Assembly: GCA_963752595.1 (NCBI GenBank)
Contig: CAVVYZ010000002.1
Coordinates: 160,001-224,000 of the forward strand
DNA: 64,000 bases
From: an uncultured delta proteobacterium
Lineage (GTDB): Bacteria > Desulfobacterota > Desulfomonilia > UBA1062
Reading direction: 5' to 3'
Shown: positions 46,763-57,664 of the stretch, in pieces
Layout of the letters: every line of letters begins with the position of its first letter
Numbering within the stretch: the stretch's first letter is position 1
The notes under the pieces: model-generated
The model's input: the letters and a program-made list of their open reading frames with translations, nothing else
The model's database searches: none
What the model was told of the DNA's origin: nothing
Translations under genes and position numbers: made by a program

Positions 46763-47533
46763 ATGGAAGTAATTGTAGCCGTATGCATATTTTTCGCCTT
46801 TATCGGCATGATCTGGTATCTTTCCAGAAAGTCGCAGGGGAAGAGCGATGCTGATTTCCTTCACAGCATCCGGAAGGCAGCGGATTGCGGAGACCCGATT
46901 GCACAGTTCAAGCTCGGCAGCATGTACTCCGAAGGCAGCGCCATAGACCGCAACGACGCTGAAGCTGCGAAATGGTATCTCAAAGCAGCAGAGCAGGATC
47001 ACATCGAGGCCCAGTTCATCCTTGGAATGATGTATGAGCGGGGCGACGGTGTGCCGAGGGATGATGACCAGTCGTATAAATGGATAGAAAAGGCTGCCCG
47101 CCAGGGATATGCCCGGGCACGGGTCATGCTGGAATCGGACAAATGGGTGAATTACCTTCAGGCAAGGAAGCCTGCAGAAGAAACTCCTGATTCGTCCGCC
47201 GGCAGTGGGCCCGCGGTAAGCAAAGAACAGATAGACAAATACCTGCAAAAGGCCGGGGACGGAGACGTGGATGCCCAGTACAACCTCGGGATAATATACT
47301 ACCATGGTGAAGGCATTCCCAAGGATTTCGCGCAGGCCATGATCTGGTTCCAGAAAGCAGCGGAGCAGGACGATGCCGATGCCCAGTACAACCTCGGGTT
47401 CATGTACGGCAGGGGCGAAGGCGTAAAGAAGAGTCATGGGCAGTCATTCGAGTGGTTCAAGAAGGCTGCCGCGCTCGGTCATGCCGGGGCGCAGGAAATA
47501 TTGGCAAAGATGCAGAAAAAGGCCGAATCCTAA
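46763..47533 (+). CDS. Membrane-anchored Sel1-repeat protein
   Basis: N-terminal TM; four AQ.NLG.MY..G.GV..D...A..W..KAA.Q repeats. Confidence 0.93.
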   Translation: MEVIVAVCIFFAFIGMIWYLSRKSQGKSDADFLHSIRKAADCGDPIAQFKLGSMYSEGSAIDRNDAEAAKWYLKAAEQDHIEAQFILGMMYERGDGVPRDDDQSYKWIEKAARQGYARARVMLESDKWVNYLQARKPAEETPDSSAGSGPAVSKEQIDKYLQKAGDGDVDAQYNLGIIYYHGEGIPKDFAQAMIWFQKAAEQDDADAQYNLGFMYGRGEGVKKSHGQSFEWFKKAAALGHAGAQEILAKMQKKAES

Positions 47534-47606
47534 AGAGAAGGGCCTCGGAAATCCTCATCAGGCTCCTGGTGAAGATTGGCGCAGGCCGGTTTTCTAAAAA
47601 CAATCC

Positions 47607-48380
47607 ATGGGAAAAAGTACAAAGCGATTTTACACCGTCATCAAGGGCAGGAAGCCGGGCATTTACAATACCTGGTTCGGTCAGGGCGGTGCCCAGGAGC
47701 AGATCTCGTCATTCCCCGGAGCTGTGTATAAAGGGTTCGCAACACTCCAGGAGGCCCGCGAATACGCGACTGGATCTTCGGGCGCTCAGAACCACAGGAA
47801 ACGTACCATGAAAGAACCCCCCGATCTTCAGCAGAAGGCCGGAAATCAGAATGAAATCCATGCCCAAGCCGCCAATGCAGACGATATCACGATTTATTCC
47901 GATGGCGGATGCATCAATAATCCGGGCCCAGGAGGATACGGGGTAGTCATCATCGACGGGGGAAAAAGGACAGAGCTGTCCGGAGGCTTCCGTCTCACCA
48001 CGAACAACAGGATGGAGCTCATGGGAATTATCATGGGCCTGAAATCCCTCGGCAGAAAATCCGGCAGGCAGGTCACGGTATATACGGATTCACGCTACGT
48101 GATAAACGGCATCACAAAGGGCTGGGCCAGGAAGTGGAGAAACAACGACTGGATGAGGGATGCCAAGCACCGCGCCGAGAACATTGATCTATGGGCAATA
48201 CTGCTTGATCTGTGCGATATATACACCCCGAAATTCATCTGGGTGAAGGGGCATGCGGGGAATGTGGAGAATGAACGTTGCGATGTCCTGGCAGGCCGGT
48301 CGGCACTCCAGGCCGATCTCCCGGCCGACCTTGCCTACGAAAAAGGCAAGACCGCGATCGAACAACCGACTCTTTTTTAG
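47607..48380 (+). CDS. rnhA: Ribonuclease HI with N-terminal hybrid-binding domain
   Basis: FY..KGRKPGIY.TW domain; YSDG, TTNNRMEL, WVKGHAG..ENERCD. Confidence 0.96.
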   Translation: MGKSTKRFYTVIKGRKPGIYNTWFGQGGAQEQISSFPGAVYKGFATLQEAREYATGSSGAQNHRKRTMKEPPDLQQKAGNQNEIHAQAANADDITIYSDGGCINNPGPGGYGVVIIDGGKRTELSGGFRLTTNNRMELMGIIMGLKSLGRKSGRQVTVYTDSRYVINGITKGWARKWRNNDWMRDAKHRAENIDLWAILLDLCDIYTPKFIWVKGHAGNVENERCDVLAGRSALQADLPADLAYEKGKTAIEQPTLF

Positions 48381-48493
48381 AAGCCCATATACAGCGTCCC
48401 GTTCACCGGATCAAGGCACGCTTCACCCGGGGCGAGAGTATGTTCATTATCGGCTACGGCAGGCTGAATAAGGTTTTCAAAGCAGAGAAAGGT

Positions 48494-49138
48494 CTACGCT
48501 GCTTCAGATTCGAATCGCTGCCTCAGTTGTGCGCGAGCTGCATAAGCGTTGCTCCCCTGTATTATAAGCGGTACTCTCTTCACGGAAGCCGAGGTCTTCT
48601 TCAATTTTTTCATACCTGAGAGGCCGATGAGCCCTATGCCGCCCAGGAACATCATCATCGGTTGAGATGACGGTGCGGCATCACCCTGATCAGCAACGGC
48701 GAGGTCATCGATCAGAAGGCAGGCCGTATCCGGCCTGGAAGGATATGCAGAGATGTACCTGGCGTCTGACACAACGACGCAGAAGGTATGGGGATCGATT
48801 GAGTATGAGGCTTTCATGCCCCTGTGAGAATTGCCTGTGAAAAGCTCTGCGCCCTTTGATTGCAGGAAGTTCTCCGGCAATCCGTAGAAGCCTTTTCCGA
48901 TGGTTCCGGTCAAGAAACCTACACTGCCGATGCCCCCGGAAAATGTTCCATGGGGGCCGTATACAAGGCCCGAGCCTGAAAAGCTGACATCCCCGGCGAA
49001 CCGCTCCGGACAACTCCACTGAGTGTGTGCATCGTTTTCGACTGAGCTGCTAAAATCAATGACCTGAGAAAACGCCCCGGGTATGAAAACCGCAATCCAT
49101 GCTAAGGCCGCACATATCTGCACGACTACCCTTCTCAT
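48494..49138 (-). CDS. Exported protein with PEP-CTERM-like C-terminal anchor
   Basis: Signal peptide; C-terminal PMMMFLGGIGLIGLSGMKKLKK. Confidence 0.55.
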   Translation of the reverse strand: MRRVVVQICAALAWIAVFIPGAFSQVIDFSSSVENDAHTQWSCPERFAGDVSFSGSGLVYGPHGTFSGGIGSVGFLTGTIGKGFYGLPENFLQSKGAELFTGNSHRGMKASYSIDPHTFCVVVSDARYISAYPSRPDTACLLIDDLAVADQGDAAPSSQPMMMFLGGIGLIGLSGMKKLKKTSASVKRVPLIIQGSNAYAARAQLRQRFESEAA

Positions 49139-49419
49139 TATTTTAGTCCTCCAAACAGGATTACACTGCTCATGAAACCACGTGATTATCTGTTACGACG
49201 ATCTTTATACGTGGTAAAAAAACATATTTTGCGGCAGGTTCAGGCCTTTAAACATGCATTAATAAATTTGTCAAGCAATAAAGTAATTATTTATAAGGCA
49301 CTGGTTATATAATGACTTTCATGAAACGAACAGGAATTATGAATATGATGGATATTTCTCTCCAACGTCCCTATATATGCAATGCTGATTCAAATCAAAG
49401 AATATAGGCAGGTAATATA

Positions 49420-49815
49420 ATGTTTCTGAAACTCTTCCTTGCTTTTACCCTCATACCGATAGCCGAGCTTTACCTTCTCGTCAAAGCCGGGCAGTATATC
49501 GGGGCACTCAATACCGTAGTCATCGTGATCATAACCGGAGTTGCAGGAGCATACCTCGCCCGCCTCCAGGGGATTCATACGCTCTATAAGATCAAATCCG
49601 CCCTGCAGCAGGGCAGGCTCCCTTCAGGTGAACTCGTTGATGCCCTGCTGATCTTTATCGCAGGCATGGCGCTTCTGATGCCGGGTTTTATTACCGATGC
49701 AGCGGGGCTCATACTTCTCTTCCCCCCGGGCAGGGCAGTGGTAAAGAAGCTGCTCGCTGAGAAGATCAGGGTCTGGATGGGGAGTAGAACCATCCATATC
49801 AATTACAATCCGTAA
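49420..49815 (+). CDS. fxsA: FxsA family membrane protein
   Basis: IPIAEL, ARLQG, LLMPGFITD..G. Confidence 0.9.
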   Translation: MFLKLFLAFTLIPIAELYLLVKAGQYIGALNTVVIVIITGVAGAYLARLQGIHTLYKIKSALQQGRLPSGELVDALLIFIAGMALLMPGFITDAAGLILLFPPGRAVVKKLLAEKIRVWMGSRTIHINYNP

Positions 49816-49838
49816 GTCGATTTTCGAGGCGAAAGATT

Positions 49839-50177
49839 TCACTCCGAGCAGAGCTTTGCCCACGCTTCATCGTCTGTGGTGCCGGTAATGGAGACCGCAC
49901 CCTCTCCCTTGGCGGGATTGATCCGTACAAGGGTGCCGTTTACCGTCAGTGATTGGGAAGGAAACATAATCTTTATATTAGCGCCGATATAATCGCTCAT
50001 CTGCGCCGGTTTTATTAACTTGAATATATTCGGCGCCACGAGACACATGCCCGACTTGCTGATGTCCCTGGCATAGCCTCTGCCGTTCAGGTATATGCCC
50101 ATCTTGAGGAGGGCGATGATTTTCACCTTCTTGCGGCTGTGTTTCCTTTTCTCCCGGCCTGTAAAATGAGTCGGCAT
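49839..50177 (-). CDS. PilZ domain protein
   Basis: RKHSR and DISKSG; start inferred at 50177. Confidence 0.8.
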   Translation of the reverse strand: MPTHFTGREKRKHSRKKVKIIALLKMGIYLNGRGYARDISKSGMCLVAPNIFKLIKPAQMSDYIGANIKIMFPSQSLTVNGTLVRINPAKGEGAVSITGTTDDEAWAKLCSE

Positions 50178-50409
50178 AGCAGCGTCCGTTCCCTTTTCCT
50201 TAAGACCGACGGGTAGCCCCCGGTCAAATATTATCAACTTGTAACTAATGAGATATGTATATCTTTTCTTTCCCGCCTTTGCAAGCGAAAGGAATTTCAC
50301 TCCATGATATGCAGGCATGATCGAATCCGGCCTGCGGTATGGGCAGGTACTGTCACGGCTGACCGGAGTCATCGCCGGCATCCGGGAAAGCGGTTATGAA
50401 CCGGGACGG

Positions 50410-51522
50410 TCAGGGCCGCCCCTTGTTTTCAAAGATGGGCAGGATAAGCTGCTCCGGCTTCTTCGGCCCTTTGGGGGGCAACTCGAAACCCGATACGGTA
50501 ATACCCAGGAGCCTCACCTTCCGTGAGCCTGCCTCGGTGTCCTTGAGAAGGATCAAGGTATTTTTCATGATCTCCTCGGCCTGATCGACCAAGTATTCGA
50601 GGGTGATGCTCCGGGTAATGCTCTGGAAGTCGTGGTACTTGAGCTTGAGCGTCACGGTTCTCCCCTTGAGGCGCCTTTCCTGCAGCATCTCCTGGACGTC
50701 ATCCGCGAGCCCGGAAAGGATGGATGCCATGAGAACAAGATCGTTGATGTCTTCATCGAGGGTGATCTCCCGCCCCAGGGATTTCCTCACCCGCACCGGC
50801 ATCACCGGCCTTTGGTCGATGCCGTGAGCGATGCAGTGAAAGTATGCCCCGCTTTTGCCGAAGATCCCGGTCAGCTCTTCCGGTGAGAATCTCCTCAGGT
50901 CTGCTCCGGTTTCGATGCCCAGCGACCGCATCCTCTCCTCGGTGACCCTGCCGACTCCATGGAACTTCCCGATGGGGAGCCTGGCAATGAACTCAAGGGC
51001 CTGATCGGGGGTCACCACCGTGAGCCCGTCCGGTTTGCGGAAATCCGAGGCCGCCTTTGCAAGGAACTTGTTATAAGAGACGCCTGCCGATGCGGTGAGG
51101 CCGGTCTTCTCCCGGATCTCCGCACGGATGAGGCGTGCGATCTCCGTGGCGATGGCGATACCCTTTTTGTTCAGTGTCACATCGAGGAATGCCTCATCGA
51201 GGGAGAGGGGTTCCACAAGGTCGGTATATTCATGGAAGATCTCCATGATCTGGCCGGATACCTCGTGATACATGTCGAACCGCGGCGGAAGGAAGACCGC
51301 CGGGGGACAGAGCTTCCTGGCTTGCGATGAGGGCATGGCGGAATGGATGCCGAATTTCCGCGCCTCATAGGAACATGCAGCGACCACGCCCCGTCTGTGG
51401 GGATCACCCCCCACGATAACGGGCCTGCCCCGGAGCTCCGGATTGTCCCGCTGCTCCACGGATGCATAGAAAGCATCCATATCTATGTGGATAATCTTGC
51501 GCCCTTCCTGCATGTACTTCAC
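50410..51522 (-). CDS. dinB: DNA polymerase IV
   Basis: HIDMDAFYASVEQ, SYEAR.FG, SLDEAFLD, NKFLAK; start at 51522 or 51513. Confidence 0.97.
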   Translation of the reverse strand: MKYMQEGRKIIHIDMDAFYASVEQRDNPELRGRPVIVGGDPHRRGVVAACSYEARKFGIHSAMPSSQARKLCPPAVFLPPRFDMYHEVSGQIMEIFHEYTDLVEPLSLDEAFLDVTLNKKGIAIATEIARLIRAEIREKTGLTASAGVSYNKFLAKAASDFRKPDGLTVVTPDQALEFIARLPIGKFHGVGRVTEERMRSLGIETGADLRRFSPEELTGIFGKSGAYFHCIAHGIDQRPVMPVRVRKSLGREITLDEDINDLVLMASILSGLADDVQEMLQERRLKGRTVTLKLKYHDFQSITRSITLEYLVDQAEEIMKNTLILLKDTEAGSRKVRLLGITVSGFELPPKGPKKPEQLILPIFENKGRP

Positions 51523-51550
51523 ATATCGGAATCTTTAGATGCCGGATACC

Positions 51551-52021
51551 TTATTTCTCCGGCGCAAGGTCCTTTTTCGCCTTCAGCTTTGCCTCGATGA
51601 GCTGGGTGTGGTCCAGGTGCAGCAGATCAGCCAGATTATGCACGAGGTAATCTTCATACATATCGAGTCTGCCGTCTGCATAGATGACCTTCCAGATCAT
51701 CTCGACGATCCGGACTTTTTCTTGGGGCGAAAAATTCTGGTTGATAAGGCTTGTATACCGCCAGAGGTCGATGCTCTTTTTCACCTCATGGTCGGCTGCG
51801 TGCATGACCGATGCGATCTCCTGGTCGCTGAGTCCGTACTCGCCTTTCAGCGCCGTTATTATCCGCTGCCTCTCTTCCCCGGTAAACATGCCGTCGATAT
51901 GCGCAATCTCCAGCAGGAGGGCGCACGTGGCGATATGGAGCCTGTGCCGATGTGTCTTTTCATCAACTTCGTTTCTGCCTTCGGGCTGAATACCGAGCAT
52001 TTTTTTCATGAGATCGATCAT
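51551..52021 (-). CDS. TerB family protein
   Basis: ALLLEIAHIDG..EE, LW..YADG..YE..LADLL. Confidence 0.85.
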   Translation of the reverse strand: MIDLMKKMLGIQPEGRNEVDEKTHRHRLHIATCALLLEIAHIDGMFTGEERQRIITALKGEYGLSDQEIASVMHAADHEVKKSIDLWRYTSLINQNFSPQEKVRIVEMIWKVIYADGRLDMYEDYLVHNLADLLHLDHTQLIEAKLKAKKDLAPEK

Positions 52022-52072
52022 GGATTGGTTCCTTTTAGCTTTTAAAAAAACGGTTCCATACAGGGCAGCTTC

Positions 52073-52933
52073 CTATCCGGCAGAGAAGAACTCTTTGACG
52101 ATCCAGGTGATCCGGCCCGGCATCTCCATGGGAATGAGGTGACCGGCATTCTCCATGAGGATGTACTTTCCCCGGGGCATGATGGAGGCAGCCTTCTTGA
52201 GATCGATGAACGACCTGTTCTCGCTCTCGGAGCCCTCGATGATGAGCGCCGGGCATTCGACTTTCGGGATCAGGGGCCAGGGGTCAAAGTGCAGGCCTCC
52301 CATGAACAGGGAAGCCTCTCGTCTGGGCGAGCACGCAAGCGTCAAGCCGCCTGTCTCTCCATCCTTGAACCCGAAATCGAGGTATAACTTAAGCATTTCG
52401 TCATCCCATTTTTTGAAGAGCTCCCTCGATTTGAGGTACGAGAAGGCTTCATCCTTGTCTTTCCAGAAATCCCTTCTCTTGATTGACTTGGAGGCGAGGG
52501 GGTGCTGGTCCAGGCTTATCCGCATCTTGTAAAAATCCTGCGGCAGGAATATGGGCTCGATGAGAACGATCCCGGTGGTGTCCAGGCCGAATGCCGTATG
52601 TGCCATGGTAAGCACGGTGGCCCCCATGGAATGACCCACAAGCCCCGGCTTCTCGATCTTGAGGCGCGAGCAGAAAACAGCCAGGTCCTCTGCAACCTGC
52701 ATCCAGCTCAAGCCGCCTTTTTCCGGGTCGGCTTCCCGGTGGTCGCAGAAATACGGGGCGATTATTCTCCAGGAGCGGGACAGCTCCCGTGCTATGGGAT
52801 GCCACAGCCAGGGCAGGAACCCGGTGGCATGCAGAAGGATAAGGGTAGGGCCGTCATTTTCGTACAGCAGATAGGATAGATCAGTATCGCCGATGTTCTG
52901 GGTGAGAACCTGCGGCCTTACGTCATCGAGCAT
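52073..52933 (-). CDS. Alpha/beta hydrolase
   Basis: HATGF, GHSMG, AGHLIPME. Confidence 0.92.
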   Translation of the reverse strand: MLDDVRPQVLTQNIGDTDLSYLLYENDGPTLILLHATGFLPWLWHPIARELSRSWRIIAPYFCDHREADPEKGGLSWMQVAEDLAVFCSRLKIEKPGLVGHSMGATVLTMAHTAFGLDTTGIVLIEPIFLPQDFYKMRISLDQHPLASKSIKRRDFWKDKDEAFSYLKSRELFKKWDDEMLKLYLDFGFKDGETGGLTLACSPRREASLFMGGLHFDPWPLIPKVECPALIIEGSESENRSFIDLKKAASIMPRGKYILMENAGHLIPMEMPGRITWIVKEFFSAG

Positions 52934-53165
52934 TACACCCTCCTTGTTCGTGAAAGGATCAAAAGTCGGTGTCTTTCTATTATAGTAAATACCTTCCTGC
53001 GTTCAATATGTCATGTGAAATCAAAAGCGGGCTGGTCCGTTCATTCCATGCAGAAAGGCTGGGGCTTTTCCGGATGGATGAGCGATGCAGGTATTGCATC
53101 CCGGGGGTAATGGGATTATTATAACAAATGTTTGTAATTATAAGTTTAATTTAGTCGAGGGCCTG

Positions 53166-54443
53166 ATGAAGATAGCTGTCTGTCACTACTCATGTCCGCC
53201 CGTTATGGGAGGGGTCGAGACAGTGGTGGAGCAGCAGGCGCGCCTGCTGAAAAGGCATCATCATTATACCAAGGTGATCGCCGGGTCCGGCGGCAAATTC
53301 TCCCGGCATATCGATGTCGATATAAACCCGATGCTGGGTTCGGGCATCATGGATATTTACCGGCACACCTCCGACCGCGACACCCTGGAGGCCATGGAGC
53401 CGCAGATCCTTTCCATTCTGAGATTTCTGGAATATTCCCTCTCATCGTTCGAAGTCCTCATTGCCCATAATGTCCTTACCATGCCCTATAATCTTCCGCT
53501 TACCCATGCCATCCTCCGGATGGCCGGAAGCCGCATGCTCAAAGTCATCAGCTGGAATCACGATTCGCCTTTCTTCTCGCATAAGCCGGGTCAGGCCTAT
53601 CCGGAATCATGGGAGGTCCTCAGGCAGGCCTCGCCCGACGTCCATTATGTGAGCATATCCCAGGCAAGGAAGCAGCATTTCGAGGAGCTCTACGGCAACG
53701 GCTCGAACATAACGGTCATTCCCAACGGCATTTCCATCTCCAACTTCCTCAAGCTCCAGGATATCACGCATCGGCTCATCGAAGAGAAGAAGCTCTATGA
53801 AGCGGACCTTATCCTTCTGCAGCCCGGACGTTTCCATCCCGGGAAGAACATCGAGTTCAGCATCCGGGTAGTCAAGTCGCTTCTGAAGAAGGGAATCAAT
53901 GCGGTCATCATGCTGACGGCCACGATCGACCCGCACGATCCGGGATCCATCGAATATCACCACCGGGTCAAACAGGTCGTTGCCGAGGAGGGGATCGCCG
54001 ACCATGTCCTGTTCATCTCCGAGTACGTGTACCGGCAGACGTCTTCGCCCAATATCGACCGTGCCCTGCTGAGGGATCTCTACCACGTGGCTGATATCCT
54101 CTTCATCCCGAACCGCCAGGAAGGCTACGGCATAACGCTCCTGGAGGCCGCTGTCGCCAGGCTGCCCATTGTCTGCTCGGACATCCCGCTCTTCAAGGAG
54201 ATGTGCGGCGGGAACGGCTGCGTTTTCTCTCTGGACGAGTCGCCGGAGAAGGTTGGAGAAAGGATCGAGGGCTTTGCCGCCCACGGCCCTACGAGGATGT
54301 TCAAGCGGGTCTTCAAGGACTACAGCTGGGAAAATATCTACCAGGCCAAGATCCTGCCGCTGCTTAAAGATACCGGGACCTTCTCTGCATTATCCCTCCC
54401 GCGGGGCACCCGCAAAGCGGGTCGTGAGAGGAAGAAGTGTTAA
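53166..54443 (+). CDS. Glycosyltransferase family 4 protein
   Basis: GGVE, VIPNG, R..PGKNIE, EGYG...LEA. Confidence 0.9.
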   Translation: MKIAVCHYSCPPVMGGVETVVEQQARLLKRHHHYTKVIAGSGGKFSRHIDVDINPMLGSGIMDIYRHTSDRDTLEAMEPQILSILRFLEYSLSSFEVLIAHNVLTMPYNLPLTHAILRMAGSRMLKVISWNHDSPFFSHKPGQAYPESWEVLRQASPDVHYVSISQARKQHFEELYGNGSNITVIPNGISISNFLKLQDITHRLIEEKKLYEADLILLQPGRFHPGKNIEFSIRVVKSLLKKGINAVIMLTATIDPHDPGSIEYHHRVKQVVAEEGIADHVLFISEYVYRQTSSPNIDRALLRDLYHVADILFIPNRQEGYGITLLEAAVARLPIVCSDIPLFKEMCGGNGCVFSLDESPEKVGERIEGFAAHGPTRMFKRVFKDYSWENIYQAKILPLLKDTGTFSALSLPRGTRKAGRERKKC

Positions 54444-54534
54444 TCATTCAAGAGTTTAAGACATATGCGATGTGCGGAGTGATTCAGGGTTTCCCGCGGC
54501 CTGCTTTGGAAGACAGGCCGCGGGGATGTGTGCA

Positions 54535-55474
54535 TTATTTCTTGTTCATGAGCGTTTCAATGTTCCTCAGGATCTCCTCCTGCCCGTAGTTCGGCAGGGT
54601 GAATACATAGGGGCTTCCGGAAGAGGTTGCCGGGGTTTTGTCCCCCTGCTTTGCATGGAGGGAGAGGGTATACTCTTTTACCCCGGCGAGCGTTACCGTT
54701 GTTTCCGGCGCGCCCAAGCTCTCCCTGGCCGGGTCTTCGAGGTATCCACCGCACTCGAGCCTGCTCAGAGAGGAGAGCAGGGTATCAACATCGGCTTTCG
54801 CAGCCTCGCGACCGGAATCATCCGCCCACAGGGTCTGCTTGGCCGGCGCTGCTGCATTCGGCTTTCCTGCCTCTTCCGCCTTTTCCCGGCGGGTGAGTGT
54901 GAGGGGCTTGCCGCCTTTGACGATGCCGATCTTCTTGATCTCATCGGCAGGGAATGCCAGGACCTGCCTGTTTCTCAGCTCGTTGATCCCGAGCTGGAAA
55001 TCCTCCCGGAAGTTATCTTTTGCCTGGTAGACCTTTGCATCCCCCGGGAGCATCACAAAGGTGTGGCGTGATGAAGGGGCGACCTTGCCCACATCGAAGG
55101 AGCGGCTCATGGAGGTGCCCGCAAAAGCCTTTACCGTGATCTTTTCTTCGCTGCTCAAGTCATAGCGGATGTAGTTCTTTGACTCGGACACCAGATCGGT
55201 AAGCGTAAGACCGCCGATATCTTTGAGCATCTTCTCGACTTTTACCGTGTCCGCCGGGTACCCCTTGGGATCGATATACCAGGCATTGTCTTTTTTGCTC
55301 ACCGATATGATCAGGCCTTTCCGGGCGATCTCGATCCTGGATAATCTTCTTGGTATCGACCTCCCCCGGCTGCGGGACCCGGTAATGGACCTGGTCGGTG
55401 CGCTTGAAGTACAGATAAGCCCCGAGCGCCAGGATGAGAACGATCAGGATGATGTATTCTTTCTTGTTCTTCAT
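54535..55474 (-). CDS. DUF4340-like protein; frameshift near 55335
   Basis: N-terminal TM anchor in one frame, body in the next; last gene of the Gld-like ABC cluster. Confidence 0.75.
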
Positions 55475-57654
55475 GCTGTCCCCCTCTTGCTGAACATGAG
55501 CTCGATGCGCTTCTTCCGGTAACGCCTTCTCGCCCAGACCATGAGGCCGAAGCCCACGACCAGGGAAGGAACAACGGCAATGTTGAATGTCTTGATGAAC
55601 ACCTTGGTCCGTATCTGGATGTCTTCCAGCGGGTTGATGGTCAGCGTCTTGCTTCTCATCAGGGAGATGTCCATACGGTCGTTGAGCACATCGATCATGT
55701 TCATGATGAACGTGGAATTGGGGCTCTGGCCCTCGCCGTCAAGCAGGTTGTTCGTGAGCATATGGGACGAGCCGATAAGGAATATCTTTCCCGGCTTCGT
55801 CGATGCGGGAAGGAATGCGCCGGTCTGCTCGATCTTTGAAAGCTCGGCATTGGGTGCAGGCATATCCTTCGATTCTCCGCCGACTTTCTGCTCTTCGGGG
55901 GCTGCCAGTTTTTCCGGGATCGGCTTGCCGGTAAAATAGCTCTTGAAATCGCCTTCCAGCAGATATGCCAGAGGCTTGCTCTGCATCCGGTCCTCGGAAG
56001 GAGGCCGTATCTGCATGGGGTTGAGCACGATGTTGTCGCGCATCTCCCAGCCCCTGTCCGAAGAAGAGAAGAGCTTTTGCGCTTTGATTTTGTTCTCGGC
56101 CATACGCTTTTCATCAACTTCGAGGGGCGACATGGCAAGGGTGATCATGCTCTTGATGTTCTTCATGTATTCGAGCTTATCGTTGATGTATTTGCCCTCG
56201 ATGATGGGCGCGAAGTAAACGTCCTGCTGGCCGCCGCCGTACTCGACAGGCACCCGCTGCTTGTAGCACTTCTCATCGAGAACGATTGCGCTCCCGACCT
56301 TCACCCCGTAGCTGTCAAGCAGCTTTTCCAGGCCGGTGTTGACCGGGACAAACTGGGACTGCGCATACGGGCTGCCGGGCCGGCCTAACTGGACCTCCTG
56401 GAACTTATCCAGGAACAGGGCCAGATTGGTTCCCTGCATGAGCGCCTGGTCGATCTGGAAGAGCTCATAGTCGGTGAAATTCTGTGTGGGGCTTGCAATG
56501 ACAAGGCACCTGAGGCTTTTGGGTATGCCGGTTTCGCCTAAGTTTACTTTTTTGAGGGAATAATTCTGGGACACGAGCTGCGAGAAATTGGTCAGGGGCT
56601 CTCTGGCTGCAGATCCCGGCATGGCATACGTCTGCAGCGTGCCGTGGTCATCGAGATAGCCGATGCTCTCGTTGATGCCGATGAGCGTCTCGATGGTCTG
56701 CGAGATCGTTTCTTCGAGCTCGTCGGGCTTGATGAGATTGTACCGCGTACCGAACAGGGGCAGGCGGTACACCTGGACCATCGGGAGCACGGACGTGCTT
56801 TCTCCGTACTGAATGATCATGCCGATGATGCCTTCTCCCGCCTTGACATCCGTGCCGTCGAGATTCGGCCACTTGAAGTGTATGAGGTTGTACGACTTCA
56901 CCAGCGCTTCGAGCTCGGCCTGGTTGCCGGGCTCGGAAGAAGAATACATAAGCCGGTTGTACATCTTTTTGTTGAGGTTCTCCACGATGAGCTTGACCGC
57001 GCTTGTGAGCTGCGGCATGTCTTTCAGCCCCATGTAGGGAGCCACGTCGTTGAGTGAAGGGGAGTAGTAGAACTTCACGCTCACGGGCTTGTCGAGCTTG
57101 AGCAGCGCGCTGATCTTGTTGTTGAGCTTCATGATGGAGGTGGTGATCTTGTATTCGATGCCGTCGGTGGACGTGATGGTGGGGATCCTTTCCATCATGT
57201 CTCCGTGGAGGATCACGAGGCCCATGTAGGCCTTCTTGAACTTCACCTCGTCCTTCTCGATAGCCTGGATCTGGACAGGGTAGAGCCCGTAGTCCTGAGC
57301 CATCTTGCGGTTTTCCGTGCTCTCCTCGTTGCCGCCTTCGTCTTCGGGCGTCACGTCATAGAACCGGTAGTTGAAGTTCTTGCCGCCGTAGAGGGCATAC
57401 TCGCCGAGCACGTCCTTGAGGTAGCGCTCCACCGTGTTGTAGGGCGCAGGCAGGTTCTTGGTGAAGAACACGTTGATGGTCAGGGGCTCGGACAGGGTGT
57501 GGACAACCTCCTTGCTCACCTTCGAAAGCGAGTAGACCTTGTTTCCGGTGAGGTCGATGCGGAAGAAGAGGGAAAGCCCCACGATATTGATGAGCACGAG
57601 GACGACGAAATATATGGCGAATTTCGCATATCGGGATGTGTGCTTTGCAGTCAT
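55471..57654 (-). CDS. GldG-like ABC transporter auxiliary component
   Basis: RIDLT.NK.YSLS, EY.IT..I, IDQ.LM.G; TM helices at both ends. Confidence 0.88.
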   Translation of the reverse strand: MTAKHTSRYAKFAIYFVVLVLINIVGLSLFFRIDLTGNKVYSLSKVSKEVVHTLSEPLTINVFFTKNLPAPYNTVERYLKDVLGEYALYGGKNFNYRFYDVTPEDEGGNEESTENRKMAQDYGLYPVQIQAIEKDEVKFKKAYMGLVILHGDMMERIPTITSTDGIEYKITTSIMKLNNKISALLKLDKPVSVKFYYSPSLNDVAPYMGLKDMPQLTSAVKLIVENLNKKMYNRLMYSSSEPGNQAELEALVKSYNLIHFKWPNLDGTDVKAGEGIIGMIIQYGESTSVLPMVQVYRLPLFGTRYNLIKPDELEETISQTIETLIGINESIGYLDDHGTLQTYAMPGSAAREPLTNFSQLVSQNYSLKKVNLGETGIPKSLRCLVIASPTQNFTDYELFQIDQALMQGTNLALFLDKFQEVQLGRPGSPYAQSQFVPVNTGLEKLLDSYGVKVGSAIVLDEKCYKQRVPVEYGGGQQDVYFAPIIEGKYINDKLEYMKNIKSMITLAMSPLEVDEKRMAENKIKAQKLFSSSDRGWEMRDNIVLNPMQIRPPSEDRMQSKPLAYLLEGDFKSYFTGKPIPEKLAAPEEQKVGGESKDMPAPNAELSKIEQTGAFLPASTKPGKIFLIGSSHMLTNNLLDGEGQSPNSTFIMNMIDVLNDRMDISLMRSKTLTINPLEDIQIRTKVFIKTFNIAVVPSLVVGFGLMVWARRRYRKKRIELMFSKRGTA

Positions 57655-57664
57655 GGCTGTCTCC

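Noticed and set aside
46250-47437. 395-aa minus-strand ORF overlapping the Sel1 gene
   Set aside because: The N-terminal part is the antisense shadow of the Sel1 repeats; only the PilZ part from 46642 is credible
49420-49815. Functional link between FxsA and the KAP cassette (FxsA suppresses PifA-mediated exclusion)
   Set aside because: fxsA is widespread, over 10 kb away and in a host-like context; nothing in the sequence links them
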